A DNA stretch of 60,795 bases, taken from the NCBI GenBank assembly GCA_048885325.1, contig JBHLPZ010000002.1, positions 1 to 60,795 on the forward strand. Direction: 5' to 3'. Made by a program: the position numbers and the translations under genes. Positions 18,958-28,993 of this stretch are shown here, in pieces. The DNA is from Candidatus Odinarchaeota archaeon. GTDB taxonomy: Archaea > Asgardarchaeota > Lokiarchaeia > Sigyniarchaeales > SOKP01. Under the pieces are notes generated by a model that did no database searches, was not told the origin of the DNA, and worked only from the letters and a program-made list of their open reading frames with translations. The number at the start of each line of letters is the position of its first letter. Position 1 is the first letter of the stretch.

Positions 18958-20238
18958 TTATATTGCCTTAAATAACGCTCTCAAGGCGTAACTCATAATA
19001 TAACTCATAATTTGCCGTGTTCCTCCTCCAATCTCCTGAATTCTAGTTATTCCTAATAAATCGTGCATTAAGGTATTGTCACACACTCCGGCACCCCCCA
19101 TAAGATTAGCACACTCGTAAGCAACACGCTGGCATAACTTAGAACTGATAGACTTTAATTGAGCTGCTGTGGCTCCAAGAGCTAAGTTAAACTCTTTAGG
19201 GAGAGTACCGTGCTCTTTCAATTTATTGTCAATCATCTGGGTTATATTTAATGCAGCTAAAGTTAAACTCATCGTTTCAGCCCATAAATCTGCTAAAGGA
19301 AACCCTACTCCTTGATATTTTAAAATTACTTGATCAAATTGCTTTCTCATATTAGCATAAATGAAAGCATGAGTGATAGCATTCCAAGCTTGAGCGGTAT
19401 TAAGGCAAACAATTCCTAATCTTTCCAAATTTAATCCTTCAAATAAATGGGATCTTCCATCTCCAGGTTTACCTAAAACGCAATCGGCTGGAACTCGTAG
19501 ATTAGTAAAAGTTTCTTTACCAATATGTATTCTAGGAGTCCAGGGAATATTTACTCTTTCTGCTTGCCAACCTTCCCAGGTAGTATCAACAAGGAATTGA
19601 GCCATTGTATTTCCATTATTTTTTTCACTTACTGCATACATTACGGCCCAATCGGCCTTGGCACCATTAGTTTGAAATATTTTTTCACCATTTACTATAA
19701 AACTTCCATCTTCTTGCTCCTCACATGTAGTAAGCATATGAACAGCATCTGAACCTCTTTCTGGTTCGGTAATGCATATACAGCCTATTTTCTCTCCCAT
19801 TACCAATTCTTTTAGTGCTTTGAGTCGAATCTCAACATTTTCATTATGCAATATTAAGGGACTTATAGCTAAAATACTAGCTCCCATACCCATAGTAAGT
19901 TGAGGATCAAAAAAGTCAGTAGCAAGAGCTCTCATAAATTCAATTGTGTGGCCATACGGTTCATAATTCAAATCCAAATTTTCAAAATTATGTATTCGAG
20001 TTACCAAACCTGCTTTACCGAATTCAGGAATCCAGTCATAGAAATCTTCATTATGGGTAATATTATTCTTCTTTTCAAAATTAATGAAAAATTTTTGAGT
20101 TTGTTTGAGGAAATCAAAGTGCTCCTTACTTAAATAGGTCATTAAATTATAATTCAAGAATTTATATCTATTTTTTAATGAGAGTTTTTCTAAAATCTCA
20201 TCATTAATGCATTGAACTTCTCCTTTTTTATTTTCCAA
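18958..20238 (-). CDS. acyl-CoA dehydrogenase family protein
   Basis: 426 aa. The ACAD middle domain has GCICITEPERGSD, and the C-terminal helical domain has RIQEIGGGTRQI, which contains a candidate catalytic Glu. TTG start. Confidence 0.75.
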   Translation of the reverse strand: MENKKGEVQCINDEILEKLSLKNRYKFLNYNLMTYLSKEHFDFLKQTQKFFINFEKKNNITHNEDFYDWIPEFGKAGLVTRIHNFENLDLNYEPYGHTIEFMRALATDFFDPQLTMGMGASILAISPLILHNENVEIRLKALKELVMGEKIGCICITEPERGSDAVHMLTTCEEQEDGSFIVNGEKIFQTNGAKADWAVMYAVSEKNNGNTMAQFLVDTTWEGWQAERVNIPWTPRIHIGKETFTNLRVPADCVLGKPGDGRSHLFEGLNLERLGIVCLNTAQAWNAITHAFIYANMRKQFDQVILKYQGVGFPLADLWAETMSLTLAALNITQMIDNKLKEHGTLPKEFNLALGATAAQLKSISSKLCQRVAYECANLMGGAGVCDNTLMHDLLGITRIQEIGGGTRQIMSYIMSYALRALFKAI

Positions 20239-20328
20239 TTAATTCAACTCCTTTCTTTTAAAAAATAAAATTTTATGGTTATAGTATACAATGGATTTCT
20301 TAATATAGTTTTTTAAATCTTAAGTTAT

Positions 20329-20338
20329 AAAAAAAAAA
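20329..20338 (-). terminator. oligo-T tract (T10 on the minus strand) after the acyl-CoA ligase gene
   Basis: An A10 run on the plus strand about 33 nt past the stop at 20371. Confidence 0.4.
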
Positions 20339-20370
20339 GAATTAAAAAATAAATAAAAATCAGCATAATT

Positions 20371-22098
20371 TTATTTATTTGATTCTTCTCTAAGTGCTCG
20401 TTTTAAAACTTTACCTACAGTAGTCAACGGTAAAGATCCTCTAAATTCCCAGATCTTAGGATTTTCATATTTTGAAAGATGATCTGCTGCATACTTTTTC
20501 AAATCATTCTTCACTGAATCCGTAGGTTGAACTCCTTCTTTAAGTTGAACAATTGCCTTAACAATTTCACTTCCAGGGCGATCAGGGTCTTTTAGTCCGA
20601 TAATTGCCACCATCTCGATATCAGGATGCTTTGTTAAAACATCTTCAACATGAACGCTATAGACTTTATAACCAGAAACAATTAACATATCTTTTGTTCT
20701 ATCCACAATAGTAATATATCCATCTTCATCCATTACGCCTACATCTCCAGTATGTAACCATCCATCAATTATTGTTTTGGCGTTAGCATCTGGTTTTTTG
20801 TAATAACCCCTTGTAACATGGGGTCCTTTGCAAATTATTTCACCAGGTTTGCCGAGCTCTACTTGCTCTCCAGTTTCAACATCCACTATCCGAAGTTCTG
20901 TATCAGATACAGGTAATCCCACGGTTCCAATTTTCTTTTTTCCATAATACGGATTTCCAGTAAGGATAGGTGAAGTCTCTGTCATTCCATATACTTCCAT
21001 TAGTTTATTTTTTGCTTTCATAGAATTTTCGAAGTCTCTAATTGCTTCAGCGGGAAATGGAGCTGCTCCAGATATGTAGACTTCAAGTCGATCTAAAGCA
21101 GAATCTGGAACCTTATTAATCATAGGATTATTTTTAATTGATAAATATAGAGTTGGTACATTTACCATTAATCTTGGTTGTTTATCAATAACTTCTTCTA
21201 TTATATGTTTAGTATCTCTCGGATTAGCAATTAAAATTTGAGGGGCGGATGTGTAAAGAGTAGTCATGCACATTTGTAAACCAGCAAGATGAAACATGGG
21301 AAATGCGCTTAGATTTATCTCTCCTTCCTTTGCTATTTCTGTATCAATCCAAGTAACAATTTGGGTCATATTTGAAATAATATTTTTATGAGTTAATTCT
21401 GTACCTTTAGGTAATCCTGTAGTTCCACCTGTATATTGAAGTAGAGCCAAGTCATTTTCAATATCGATGGTCACTTCTTTAACACCAGGTGTTGTTTTCA
21501 TTACCTCTTGAAAATCTAAAACTAATTTTCCCGGAAAAGGTACTACTTTACCTTTTGGTATCTTTCCAATTAATTTACCAAGGAAGACAATCGGCTTTCC
21601 GAGTCCCATATAATCCGAAATATTTGTAGTAATAACACAATTTAATTTAGGAACTTTTTCTAGGATTTTAATTAAAACTTTAGCATAAACTGCATCAAGA
21701 GTAACAAAAAATTTAGATTCACTGTCATTGATCTGGTAGGCTAACTCAGTAGGACTTAGAAGAGGAGAACATCCTGATGCTACTCCTCCAGCCAATAGAG
21801 TTCCAAAATGAGCTACCATATATTGAGGACAATTTGGTAAATTAATAGCAACTCTATCTCCTTTTTCTAACCCATTTTTTTGTAAAAATGTAGCGAACCT
21901 ATTTACCATATCCCTAAATTCTTTAAATGAAAATTCTCTTTTCATAAAATAACAAGCAGCCCTATCTGGGAACCTCCTCATTGCATTATCAAATAATTTT
22001 CCAAGGCTCTCCTTAGGATACTTTAGGGTAGGTGGAACATGTTTATCATAAGATTTTAGCCATATTTTAGCATCATAGGGGCTTTGTTGAGTTTGTAT
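20371..22098 (-). CDS. AMP-forming acyl-CoA synthetase (fatty-acid--CoA ligase); proposed ATA start
   Basis: The AMP-binding motif YTGGTTGLPKG and the segments GYYKKPDA and GWLHTGD are present. The frame stays open for 39 codons upstream of the track ATG at 21981. It encodes the family-typical N-terminus IQTQQSPYDAKIWLKSYDKHVPPTLKYPKESLGKLFDNA, bounded by a TAG at 22099-22101. Confidence 0.8.
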   Translation of the reverse strand: MQTQQSPYDAKIWLKSYDKHVPPTLKYPKESLGKLFDNAMRRFPDRAACYFMKREFSFKEFRDMVNRFATFLQKNGLEKGDRVAINLPNCPQYMVAHFGTLLAGGVASGCSPLLSPTELAYQINDSESKFFVTLDAVYAKVLIKILEKVPKLNCVITTNISDYMGLGKPIVFLGKLIGKIPKGKVVPFPGKLVLDFQEVMKTTPGVKEVTIDIENDLALLQYTGGTTGLPKGTELTHKNIISNMTQIVTWIDTEIAKEGEINLSAFPMFHLAGLQMCMTTLYTSAPQILIANPRDTKHIIEEVIDKQPRLMVNVPTLYLSIKNNPMINKVPDSALDRLEVYISGAAPFPAEAIRDFENSMKAKNKLMEVYGMTETSPILTGNPYYGKKKIGTVGLPVSDTELRIVDVETGEQVELGKPGEIICKGPHVTRGYYKKPDANAKTIIDGWLHTGDVGVMDEDGYITIVDRTKDMLIVSGYKVYSVHVEDVLTKHPDIEMVAIIGLKDPDRPGSEIVKAIVQLKEGVQPTDSVKNDLKKYAADHLSKYENPKIWEFRGSLPLTTVGKVLKRALREESNK

Positions 22099-22283
22099 CT
22101 AAATCACCTTTTATTTAATAATTTAAAATACATTATTTACGAAATTCGTAAATAACATTATTATTGATAGAAGAATTTATAAATATTTTCAAAAGTTTTT
22201 GAAGAATTCCTTTAAAAAAGTAAATTTTTTTTCTTATTTTGATCAAATACATGTAAAAAAAGAATATTAAAAAAGTTTAGAGT

Positions 22284-23297
22284 TTAGTTAATTTCCACTT
22301 GGATTTTAATATCATCATGCAAACCACTTGATAATTTATTAAAAGCTTCAGGTACTTGGTCTAATTTAATTTTTTTAGTTATCAGCGATTTGACGTTTAC
22401 TTTTTTCTGCTCTAATAAACTTAATGCAGTCTTAAAGGAATCTTGATCAGCTAAATACATTCCCTTTATAGCAATATTTTTCGACATTAATTGTAGTATC
22501 CCTTTCATTTCAAAAGGTTCTGAATGTATCCCAATAACCATTATTAAACCTCCTCTTTTAATAAGCTGGAGAGAAGTCATTATTGTTTCTGGTATTGCTA
22601 CACAATCAAAAATAAAATCTGGTCCAATTTTATCAGTAAGTTTAGTAATTCTACTCCATTTATTAGGTGTGAATACTTTATCAGCTCCAAGTTCTAATGC
22701 TAATTTGTGTTTAGACTCAACAGGTTCTATTGCATAAATACTACTTGCTCCTGCTATCTTAAGTACTTGGATAACTAATAAACCAATAGTACCGGTTCCA
22801 AACACCGCGGCATTATCACCAATTTTAAAGCCTGAAACCTTAACCGCTTGAATTGCATTTGTTAAGGGTTCTACCATTGCGCCTTCTTCAAATGAAACTG
22901 AATCAGGCAGTCTATGAATTCGATCTGCTCTTATTTTTACAAACTCTGCTAAAGCTCCGTTATGAGTGATTCCTATTGTATTATGGATACATAAAATTTC
23001 TTGTCCCTTTCTACAGTAACTACACTTTAAACATGGAACATTTGGATTTGCTGTAACTCTATCTCCAACTTTTAGATCTTTAATTTCTTTACCGATTTCA
23101 ACAATTTCTCCCGTAAATTCATGTCCCAAAATTATTTGTTGTGATTCTAAAGCCCCAGTTAAGAAGGATCCTATATCAGAACCACAGATCCCACATCTTT
23201 TTACTTTAATTAATACTTCATCAGCTTGAATTTGAGGTTTTGGTAAGTCATCTCTTAGTTCTACCTTACTTACTCGAGTAAAGTATAATCCTTTCAA
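22284..23297 (-). CDS. zinc-dependent alcohol dehydrogenase (MDR family, threonine/sorbitol dehydrogenase-like)
   Basis: 337 aa. It has CGICGSD, GHEFTGEIVEIG, structural-zinc Cys residues CLKCSYC, and a GTGTIG Rossmann motif. TTG start with GAGGTG 7 nt upstream. Confidence 0.8.
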   Translation of the reverse strand: MKGLYFTRVSKVELRDDLPKPQIQADEVLIKVKRCGICGSDIGSFLTGALESQQIILGHEFTGEIVEIGKEIKDLKVGDRVTANPNVPCLKCSYCRKGQEILCIHNTIGITHNGALAEFVKIRADRIHRLPDSVSFEEGAMVEPLTNAIQAVKVSGFKIGDNAAVFGTGTIGLLVIQVLKIAGASSIYAIEPVESKHKLALELGADKVFTPNKWSRITKLTDKIGPDFIFDCVAIPETIMTSLQLIKRGGLIMVIGIHSEPFEMKGILQLMSKNIAIKGMYLADQDSFKTALSLLEQKKVNVKSLITKKIKLDQVPEAFNKLSSGLHDDIKIQVEIN

Positions 23298-23354
23298 AAA
23301 TATACACCTCTTTTTATTAACAAATAAAAAAATTGAAAAGCATTTCAGTACAAA

Positions 23355-25064
23355 TTATAAAATTCCCATAGATGCCATTAATTTTGTCCCATCTGACATT
23401 ATTTGAGCAATTTTTATATTGATTACAGCTGGTTTATTTGAACTTCTAGCTCGCTCTAAAGCGGGCTTAATTTCATTTGGGTCAGTTACTGTTTCTCCAT
23501 AACAATCAAAACCTTCAGCGCATTTTGCAAAGTCAAAATCTGGTAAATCTACATCAATAAATCGCTTCTTCATATATTTACCTTGACATGATTTAATCAT
23601 ACCCCACGCACGATTATTTGCTATTACAAAAGTCATATCTTTTAATCCTAACCTGACAGCTGTCTCTAAGTCTTGGATATTAAAAAGAAAACTACCATCT
23701 CCAACTATAGCAATCACTTGTTTATCAGGTTTAGCTAATTTGGCACCAATAGCATAAGGAATAGATGTACCTAAGTGTCCCATTCCTATTGATATTAAGG
23801 TAGAAAGCGGTGGTCGTGGTTTATGAAGATTCATTTGTTCAACAGTAAAACAAGCAATGTCTCCACCATCAACAACTAGTATTGCATCTTCATCTATGAA
23901 TTCTAAGACCTCTTTCACCATTCTCTGTGGAGTAATTGGAATTTTCTCTTTCAAAGCTTTTTTCATAAAATCATCAATATACTTATGTTTCATTTCAAAA
24001 ACTTTTTCCGTCCAATCTCTTTTTTCTACTTTTCCTATCTTCTTAAACTCTTCAAGCATTTGCTTTAAATATATCTTACAGTCACCCTCAACACCTAGAG
24101 TAATCGGTTTAGCTCTTCCTATAATACTTGGATCAATATCAACTTGTATCATTTTCTGAGAATCTTTAAAGAAAGGCTCATCACCATGGCCTAATGTAAA
24201 TGAAAACTTAGTTCCCAGAGCTAAAATTACATCAGCCTGATAAGAGATTTCTTTACCAAACCCTTGAATTGAAGAATCAACTAGACATTTTGATTTATTA
24301 GAAATTGTCCCAATTCCCATTACACTTGTGATGACAGGTATCTGTAAAAATTCAGCAAATTCCTGTAATTCATTCCATGCTTCTGCCCGTGCAACACCCC
24401 CTCCAGAAAGAATTAATGGCTTTTCTGCATTCATCAATAAATCAATTGATTTATTAATCAAATCATCACTAATAGATGGTTTACTGAGAGATCGATAACT
24501 AACTGGGGGGTTAATTAAAACTCGATCTTCTTCAATTTCACCAAGAAAAGCATCCTCAACTAATTCTAACAAAACTGGTCTAGATCTACCCCCTATAGCT
24601 TCACGAAATGCCTTCTGAACAGCATCTGGGATTTTTTCTACATCTCTAATGCTTCTCTGATATTTTGTAATTGGTTTAAACATTGTAATTTGATCAAGAT
24701 TTCCTTGTAAAGTAAATGAATCATCGAATCTACTGTTTACCTGATTAACTATAGCGACTAGTGGTATATTATCACTCCAAGCAGCTGCTACACCAGGAAC
24801 AAGATCAGTTGCTCCAGGTCCAGCTGTTCCAAAACATACACCTGGAGTATTAGTTAATCTTGCCCATGCATCTGCTGCATGAGCTGCTGCTTGTTCATGT
24901 CTGAACATGACAGTTTCAATACCTTGTTCTCGACCCCATCGATAAATTGCATCAAACATATTTAAAAATTGTCCACCGATAATACCAAACATATATCTAA
25001 CATTTTCTGCAAGGAGACATTTTATCAAAACATCTCCTCCGTTAATTTTTGGTTTTTCCTCCAT
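23355..25064 (-). CDS. thiamine-diphosphate enzyme, acetolactate synthase large subunit / 2-hydroxyacyl-CoA lyase-like
   Basis: 569 aa with three-domain POX/ALS architecture. The TPP motif is GDGSFLFNIQDLETAV...NN. No ilvN-like small subunit is adjacent. GGTG lies 6 nt upstream of the ATG. Confidence 0.7.
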   Translation of the reverse strand: MEEKPKINGGDVLIKCLLAENVRYMFGIIGGQFLNMFDAIYRWGREQGIETVMFRHEQAAAHAADAWARLTNTPGVCFGTAGPGATDLVPGVAAAWSDNIPLVAIVNQVNSRFDDSFTLQGNLDQITMFKPITKYQRSIRDVEKIPDAVQKAFREAIGGRSRPVLLELVEDAFLGEIEEDRVLINPPVSYRSLSKPSISDDLINKSIDLLMNAEKPLILSGGGVARAEAWNELQEFAEFLQIPVITSVMGIGTISNKSKCLVDSSIQGFGKEISYQADVILALGTKFSFTLGHGDEPFFKDSQKMIQVDIDPSIIGRAKPITLGVEGDCKIYLKQMLEEFKKIGKVEKRDWTEKVFEMKHKYIDDFMKKALKEKIPITPQRMVKEVLEFIDEDAILVVDGGDIACFTVEQMNLHKPRPPLSTLISIGMGHLGTSIPYAIGAKLAKPDKQVIAIVGDGSFLFNIQDLETAVRLGLKDMTFVIANNRAWGMIKSCQGKYMKKRFIDVDLPDFDFAKCAEGFDCYGETVTDPNEIKPALERARSSNKPAVINIKIAQIMSDGTKLMASMGIL

Positions 25065-25192
25065 GAATTACACCATTAAATAGATTTCTTTTTTCAATTG
25101 ATAATAGGTTTATCTTTCATTTTATATATAATTATCTGAGATTTAAACTATAAAAGTAAGTAAGGAGAATTAATAATTTAACAGATTAGTCA

Positions 25193-26179
25193 TTATTTAT
25201 CAAAAATTTGTAAAGAACTCAAATAAGATTTCATTCCTTTAGAAATTTTTTGAATGTTATTGTTATTTAATTTTAGAATCCTTAAATTTTTAAGATTCAT
25301 GATAGAAGCGGGGATTTCTCTTATAGAATTATAACTTAAATCTAATTCTTGAAGACTCTCAATTTGCGTTAAAAATTCAGGAAATTTCGCGAGATTATTT
25401 CTTTTTAATTTTAACTTTTTTAGAGAATCTAGATAGATTAATGATTTAGGAATAGTTGTTACATTGGATTTTCTCAGTTCAATCTTTTTATATAAATCAA
25501 GAAAAGTATCTAAGTCTCTTATTTCGATAAAAGAATCTATTATATCTTGATTAATCTTTAAGAAATACCAATTGAAATAATTAAAATTAAGCATTTCGAC
25601 ATGTTTATTATTAATAAGAAGCCAAGGGTTACCATTATTTATGCAACTTATCTTCTTATAATAAATATAAGTTAATGGTGTAATTTCATAATTATATTTA
25701 TCTTGAGCAAAGAACACTTCTAAATCTAAAAAAAATCTAGATTCTTTTGGTACGACACCTAAATGAGTGGAAAAGCCTTCAATCCATTTAGAAATCGCTT
25801 TTTCAATTGATTTAAAATGATAATTAGTTTCATTTTCAGCCATATTAATTATTGTGTGTATCACAATTGGCGATTTATCATGTTCTATTACCCATAATAA
25901 CGTTTTTAATCCGTATTTGAGATATGTTTGTCCTATTAATTTAGCAGCAGCACTTCGGATAAAATGATTTTCATCAGATAGTAAGCAATTCTCAAGTATA
26001 TTAAAGATTTTTTCATTACTACCTTTTAATCTTTCGAGAGCCAGAATACTGTTTCTTCGTACTTCAGGATTATTACTTTTTTCTAAGAGGGATATTAATA
26101 AATCTGCTGCTAATGCAAAATTCAGTTTGCCACTTAAAAAATCTGATATAATTGCCTCTGGAGTAAATGAACCTTTCAT
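25193..26179 (-). CDS. HEAT-repeat plus leucine-rich-repeat protein
   Basis: 328 aa. The N-terminal HEAT-like units include NPEVRRNSILALERL and DENHFIRSAAAKLIGQ. The C-terminus has about four 23-residue LRRs, for example LQELDLSYNSIREIPASIMNLKNLRILKLNNNNIQKI. Confidence 0.65.
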   Translation of the reverse strand: MKGSFTPEAIISDFLSGKLNFALAADLLISLLEKSNNPEVRRNSILALERLKGSNEKIFNILENCLLSDENHFIRSAAAKLIGQTYLKYGLKTLLWVIEHDKSPIVIHTIINMAENETNYHFKSIEKAISKWIEGFSTHLGVVPKESRFFLDLEVFFAQDKYNYEITPLTYIYYKKISCINNGNPWLLINNKHVEMLNFNYFNWYFLKINQDIIDSFIEIRDLDTFLDLYKKIELRKSNVTTIPKSLIYLDSLKKLKLKRNNLAKFPEFLTQIESLQELDLSYNSIREIPASIMNLKNLRILKLNNNNIQKISKGMKSYLSSLQIFDK

Positions 26180-26314
26180 GTTTTTTTAAATTCCTATAAT
26201 AATAAGTAGAATAACACAAAATTAACTTCTTTATTTATATAATTTAATTAAATGATTAATTAAGCCTTTTACAAAGTTTTAAGTTAAAATTTATTGAAGT
26301 TGTTTAAAAATTTA

Positions 26315-26397
26315 ATATTTTCAAAGATTCATATTAGGATTTTTTAAAAATTAAACGCTCTCTGAACTATAATTATTGGTGAACAAAATTTGAAGGT
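26315..26397. repeat. 83-nt intergenic element, copy 1 (pairs with 28994-29076)
   Basis: The sequence is atattttcaaagattcatAttaggattttttaaaaattaaacgctctctgaactataattattGGtgaacaaaatttGaaggt. It differs from copy 2 at 4 positions by my alignment and contains a TATA-like TTTTAAAAATT. Confidence 0.85.
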
Positions 26398-26570
26398 AAA
26401 TTGGTTATTTTTACCACCAAAAATTCGATTTTGCATGTTAAAATTGTTAATACATTTAAATATAATAACAACCTAAATAAATAGTACCAAGAAATAATAG
26501 GTTGGTAAAGACAAGAAAAACCAACGTATTTGCTTGGATTTAACCAAAAATTAATAGAAGGGTGAGATTA

Positions 26571-28793
26571 ATGAAAAAAGGAATGTTAATTTGCTTTAGT
26601 GTTTTAGTTGCAATATTAATGCTCTTTGCTGTTAGAGCAGAGATTAATGCCCCGAAAAGTATAGGCTATAATTTAAAAACTTCTAATTTATGGTATTTGT
26701 CTAATATTTCAATTGATGATACAGGAATTGAAGGTATGACATGGGAAAAAGCTCTTGATGAACCTTGGTGTAGTGGAGGTGATGGATCATCTATAGATTA
26801 TCCATATATCATTAGTAATGTGATCATCGATGCATCAGATTATGGAAAGGGTATTTTTATTATAAAGTCAAATAAATACTTCATACTCGAGAATTGCATT
26901 GTTAATTATGCTTATGATTCTGGTATTTGGTTAGGGCATGTTACTAATGGGAGAATCAGAGGAAACGATATCTCGAATAATAAAATGGGAATAACTTTAG
27001 ATCCATGTTGTACGAATAACGTTATTGAACAGAATAACGTTTATCAAAATACGGAATTCGGAATAAACATCTTTGAGAGTGATCATAATTATATTCAAGG
27101 CAACATTGTAAATGACAATGGAGTTAAGGGAATAAATTTGGCACCTAGTAGTACCTATAATGAAATTTTTGATAACACCGTAAATTTTAATGGATGGCTT
27201 GGAATACACATAACAGCTGACAGTTCAAATAACCTGATTTTGTCAAATACAGTAATGTATAATGGCGAAGGTATCTTGGTGGAAACACCCTATAACACAA
27301 TTTCAGAAAATCACATTGAGTATAATGGACGTGGGATCCATCTTTCGAGAACCGAAACGGGACCCAACTCTAATCATAATATCATTGCTGATAATTATGT
27401 TTGTAATAACGACGAATACGGGATAGGATTAGATCGTTCAAGTTGCTATAATGAAATTTTTGATAACACCGCAAATTTTAATGGAGGGTATGGAATACAC
27501 ATGCAAGAAGACAGTTCAAATAACCTAATTTTGTCAAATACAGTAATGTATAATGGTGAAGGTATCTCCCTGAGAACATCCTATAACGAAATTTCAGGAA
27601 ATCACATTGAATATAATGGACGTGGGATAAAGTTTTATAGATATGATTTGGAAGATGACAACTCCCATAATACCATTGCCGATAATTATATTTGTAATAA
27701 CGCAGAGATGGGAATAAAATTAGAGTCGAGTTCTGATAATCTTATCGAAAGAAATGAGGTAATTAACAATTATCGAGGTATTTATTTAATAGAAAGTCAC
27801 AACAATTATATTGGGGAAAATGACGTGAGTAATCAAAGGTTCGGAATTGCGACCTTATTTGATAGCGATAACAATTATGTGGAAAATAACGAAGTTCATG
27901 GTTGTGTTTTTGGGATTCACACCAATTATTATTCTGACGGAACTCAAGTCATTGGAAATATAGTTTATCAAAACTTTCTTGGTATGTCCATCTATCAAAC
28001 CACTGAATACAGTGTATTCAAAAATACAATAAAACATAATAGTTACGGAATCTGGGCGTGGCAATGTTATGATTCCGAAATCACAGAAAACACTTTCTTA
28101 GAAAATGGAGACGAAACTATTACGGAGATATATGGAGACGCAATTACAATTGAGGAATGCAGTAACGTTCAATTTTCTTTTAATACAATTAAGGAATCCT
28201 TGAAAAACGGAATATATCTATTATTATCTTCGGATATTGCTATCTCAAACAATATAATTTCTGAGAATGGCTTTTATGGCATTTATATTGACTCTAATTC
28301 AGTTGATAATAAAATAGAATGGAATGATTTTATCGACAACTGTAAAGTGCAATTTGAATGTCAGGCATATGATGCTGGAGTGAATAATATTGTTGAATAT
28401 AATTCCTGGAGTGATTGGACTAGTCCCGATATTAAAAATCCTATTGGTATTGTAGATCTTCCATATCTTATTGATGGTGATGCTGGTAATGAGGATCCAT
28501 ATCCGCGCACTACCGTACTTGATACCCCCATACAGAAAATTCAAAGTCTTACAGACTTAGTAAATGATATGGTTGATGAGGGAATCTTGAGAGAAGGTCA
28601 AGGAAAATCTTTGACATTAAAATTGGATATGTCAAGTAGGGCAATAGCAAATGGGAATTTATTGGCAGCTCGCCAACTCCTCGAAGCATTCATCAATCAA
28701 GTGAACGTTTTCATCAATAGAGGAATTATTTCAGTTGAAGAAGGAGAGTTATTGATTAGCAAAGCACTTTTCATAATAAACCAAATTTCTTAG
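26571..28793 (+). CDS. secreted right-handed parallel beta-helix (PbH1/NosD-like) repeat protein
   Basis: The signal peptide is MKKGMLICFSVLVAILMLFAVRA. Many ~22 aa units follow, such as NxIxxNxxxGIxL. A helical C-terminal module ends the protein. I prefer the ATG at 26571, with GGTG 6 nt upstream, over the GTG at 26562. Confidence 0.75.
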   Translation: MKKGMLICFSVLVAILMLFAVRAEINAPKSIGYNLKTSNLWYLSNISIDDTGIEGMTWEKALDEPWCSGGDGSSIDYPYIISNVIIDASDYGKGIFIIKSNKYFILENCIVNYAYDSGIWLGHVTNGRIRGNDISNNKMGITLDPCCTNNVIEQNNVYQNTEFGINIFESDHNYIQGNIVNDNGVKGINLAPSSTYNEIFDNTVNFNGWLGIHITADSSNNLILSNTVMYNGEGILVETPYNTISENHIEYNGRGIHLSRTETGPNSNHNIIADNYVCNNDEYGIGLDRSSCYNEIFDNTANFNGGYGIHMQEDSSNNLILSNTVMYNGEGISLRTSYNEISGNHIEYNGRGIKFYRYDLEDDNSHNTIADNYICNNAEMGIKLESSSDNLIERNEVINNYRGIYLIESHNNYIGENDVSNQRFGIATLFDSDNNYVENNEVHGCVFGIHTNYYSDGTQVIGNIVYQNFLGMSIYQTTEYSVFKNTIKHNSYGIWAWQCYDSEITENTFLENGDETITEIYGDAITIEECSNVQFSFNTIKESLKNGIYLLLSSDIAISNNIISENGFYGIYIDSNSVDNKIEWNDFIDNCKVQFECQAYDAGVNNIVEYNSWSDWTSPDIKNPIGIVDLPYLIDGDAGNEDPYPRTTVLDTPIQKIQSLTDLVNDMVDEGILREGQGKSLTLKLDMSSRAIANGNLLAARQLLEAFINQVNVFINRGIISVEEGELLISKALFIINQIS
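27156..27737 (+). repeat. in-frame tandem duplication, 2 x 291 nt (97 aa), inside the beta-helix gene
   Basis: Unit 1 runs 27156-27446 and unit 2 runs 27447-27737. Both begin tataatgaaatttttgataacacc. About two thirds of residues are identical by hand count, and a stretch of more than 55 nt (gacagttcaaataacct...gaaggtatc) differs at only 2 positions. Confidence 0.85.
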
Positions 28794-28809
28794 TAAAAAA
28801 TTAAAAAAC

Positions 28810-28819
28810 TTTTTTTTTT
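28810..28819 (+). terminator. oligo-T tract (T10) after the beta-helix gene
   Basis: A T10 run begins 17 nt after the stop at 28793. Confidence 0.4.
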
Positions 28820-28993
28820 CAATTGGAAATAAGGTTTAGATTTATACTTTATCAATGTTCACTAAACAAATTTTATAACTAAAATCAAAATATTACCTCT
28901 ATAATTGGAACAAATCTTTATTAATGAGATCCATAAAAATACTCCTCAACTAGAAGCATTTTATAGTGAAATTGAAATGAATGTGAGGTTTTC

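Noticed and set aside
26377-26425. Possible hairpin (TTGGTG...GGTAAA-loop-TTTACC..CACCAA) at the end of repeat copy 1.
   Set aside because: The inner and outer stems overlap and are strongly asymmetric. The 3-prime half is absent from copy 2. It is not convincing as a conserved structure.
26562-26564. The GTG at 26562 as the start of the beta-helix protein.
   Set aside because: This GTG is itself part of the GGTG Shine-Dalgarno core. The ATG at 26571, 6 nt downstream, gives a clean signal peptide.
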